A stretch of 64,000 bases of DNA from PVC group bacterium (lineage in GTDB: Bacteria > Omnitrophota > Gorgyraeia > B26-G9), in contig JAAEQR010000072.1 of assembly GCA_024231215.1 (NCBI GenBank), forward strand, positions 257,210-321,209. Direction: 5' to 3'. A program made the position numbers and the translations under genes. The notes beneath the pieces were generated by a model that had not been told where the DNA came from, did not search any database, and worked only from the letters and a program-made list of their open reading frames with translations. Positions 45,701 through 48,700 of this stretch are shown piece after piece. Within the stretch, counting starts at the first letter, position 1, and each line of letters starts with the position of its first letter.

Positions 45701-48700
45701 GTAAAAGGAGAAGATATTCAAATTCAAGGGAAGATAGAGGCTTATTTACAGCATTATGTGGTGCAGCTTAGACATATTTTGCATAAAAGAGATATTGCTA
45801 GCAAAGAAGGTAATCCAATGGATATGGATAAGCTGGATTCACAGTTTCAGAGGATTATAGCTGATTTAGGTATTCCTAATTTTGGAGATAACCCAGTAGC
45901 TTCTTCACAGGTAGTACCGTATATTGACCGGGAGCAAAGGCGGTATGTAATTAATTATTATGCTATTGCTTCCCGGGACATTGCTCAGGCGCGTCGAAAC
46001 TTGGCTAAGACTAGACAAGATTTTACTAAACAGAAAAAAATTCTTAAAGAAAAAGAAGCAACGGTACTTTCATCGCAAATGGCCCCAGAAAAAAAAGAAC
46101 AAATGCTGGCTGAGCAAAGATCAGTTGTTGTGAGTGCAGAGATAAAATTAGATCGAGAGAGAATAGAGTATGAAAAATTCAAGGAAAGATGGCGTTTAGA
46201 GGAAGCTAATAAGCTAGGAAAAGAACGGCAGGAACGTTTTGAAGAAAATTTTTTACCGCGGTTTGAACAATTTATAAAAGAAGAAAAACTAACTTCGATT
46301 GCTCCGGCAATTATGGAGCCGGCAATGTTCTTAGACCGTTTTGTTATGCTTTCTTTAACATCAATAATATCCGCTGTAACTTTTATCAGTTATACTGCTC
46401 CTTTAGTGGCTTTGAAAATTTCATTTTTAAATGCGTTTGGAGCATGGAGTCTACCGTTTTTAATTAGTATTGCTGGAGTTTTGGTTTTCAACACAGTGCG
46501 TGAATACCTGGCTCTTTTAAATCATGATCGGATTGACAATACGCCTCGGGGGAAGGTACTGAGCTACGCAACGGGTATTTTCTTATTAATAAGTGGGATA
46601 GTGATTGGTCAGATGATGCAGGTAACCTATTTAGATATGGCATTGATAAAGTGGCTTGGAGTATTTGTAATCATTGCTGAGAGTTTGAATTTGATAATGC
46701 CTCAGCTTTTTATGCCTGTTTATGCTTGGGTAAAAGACTCAGTTTTATTAATTTTTAAGGTTCCGTATGCTTTATTTCAGGCGATTTTTAATCCACAATA
46801 TTATATTAAAATATGGAAGGAAAATAAATTATTCAAAGAATTTTTCCCTACGGTTAATAAACTTAACCCAGCCGAGAGATCATCACATTCTTTACTAGGA
46901 ATAAGTGCGTATTATCATTTTAAACCTGGACTTGTGCTCGCAGATATGGCGATATTTGATAAGAAATCTTATGAGGGGCTTAGCAATAGCAAAAAGGCGG
47001 TTAAATTTGCAGCTAATTTGGTGCAAACAATTGGATCTATGCGGAATATATTTGTATATATTCTTTACTATGTCGCGATATTTTTTGTAGCTGCATATTT
47101 CGGGCAAGATCATAATATCTATGGCTGGTTTGTTACTCGTTTTGAAGCTGGTGAGATTCATAAAGTATTTTTTGGATTGACAAGCTATGTTATTTTATCA
47201 CAATATCTTGCTTCTTTTGCTATATTCATGTTTTTGACTGTAAAAATGTCAATAATCAAGAGTCTTGTGGAAGGGTTTAGATATAATGTCTGGTATCGTT
47301 TTACCAAATACACATTAACCGACGAAGTAAATGACAAAGTGGAAAATGCGAAGAAAGTGTTAAAGAATGACGGAGAGCCTAAATACTTCGCGATTATGAA
47401 TTTTGGAGGACAGTCAATGGTACCACCTTCTTTTAAGCTTGCTCGAAAGTGGAAAAATGTAGAGAAAGGCAAAAAGGCAGCAATACAGAATCTTTTAGAC
47501 CATATAGATATTCACTTGCAGGCAAAGACGCAGGGGTTAATGACACTATTAAAAACATACAATCTATTAGGTGATAGTCCAAGAAGGACAAAAGAATGCG
47601 TGTATGAAGTTTTAGATGCGTTAATCTCCCGAGAGATGGAGGAAAAAACTACACTTTTTGATCTAATCCAGTTAAATAATACTCAGTTACCGGAAGATTT
47701 GCAGGTCACGGCTAGTACAGACAAAAAGGATAAGCATTGCGCTGATAATGTGGCGATAGGATATTATTTGCGGCTCTATCTTACTGAGATGACCGGTGCT
47801 TCCGGAAATATGTCTTGTGCTGCGAATTTAGTTGCCAAGGCAATTAAAGTTAATGAACTGGGTCTATCTAAATATGCTCGCTTTATTATTTCACATAATA
47901 AATATAAATATGCTCCGGGGACTGATAATCCAACTAATCTTTTTGACCAGCATAGTGGTGAAGAGATTGTGGAAATAGCACAGAGAGACAAGTTGAAAAA
48001 ATTGATCTCTATTATTTCCGGAGGGGCATATGTTGCGGGTGAAAAGGAAGCTGGGGAAGTGCATTATACCTGGACTCATTTCGGGATGAAGTCAGCGGGT
48101 ATGAGCAGTATATTTCTCTCCAAGATAGTATCCGATACTAAATGGTTTTTTGTTGAAGACAGAGATGCTACAATTCCGGATACGGCTAGATGGTTATCTG
48201 ACGGAGCAACGATGATTGGCGATGAAAATATAGCGATAATGATTGCTAATCGCGATACCAGCTGGCATTATCATCCTACTTCCGAAGCTTCATTTTTAGT
48301 CGAACAGGGATTTTGTTCTACAGGAGCTAAAAAGACCTCTACTGGTTGGGGGAACCTTAAAAGGGAAACTTGGGGAGAAGCTCTAACGATGATATCATAT
48401 CCGGATTCTCCGGTTATGCCTTTAACCGGAAGAACGGGAAAGGTGCAGAAGCAGGAAGGAATAGGTTTTTGGAATAGGCTTTATAATAATCTATTTGGAT
48501 TGATTGGATTTATTCCCAATGCTATGGGGCAAAGCGAAGACCGCTGGGCAGCACACGAGACAGCTCATACCCAAATTGCGATGGGAGGTAATCCTAGGTA
48601 TGTTATGAGTAAGGGGATTTGGAATAAACTTCGAGAGACGAGTTTTGCTACACCTTGGACGCAAGCGCCGGTACGTTGGTCAGCTGGAAGACTTCAGGGA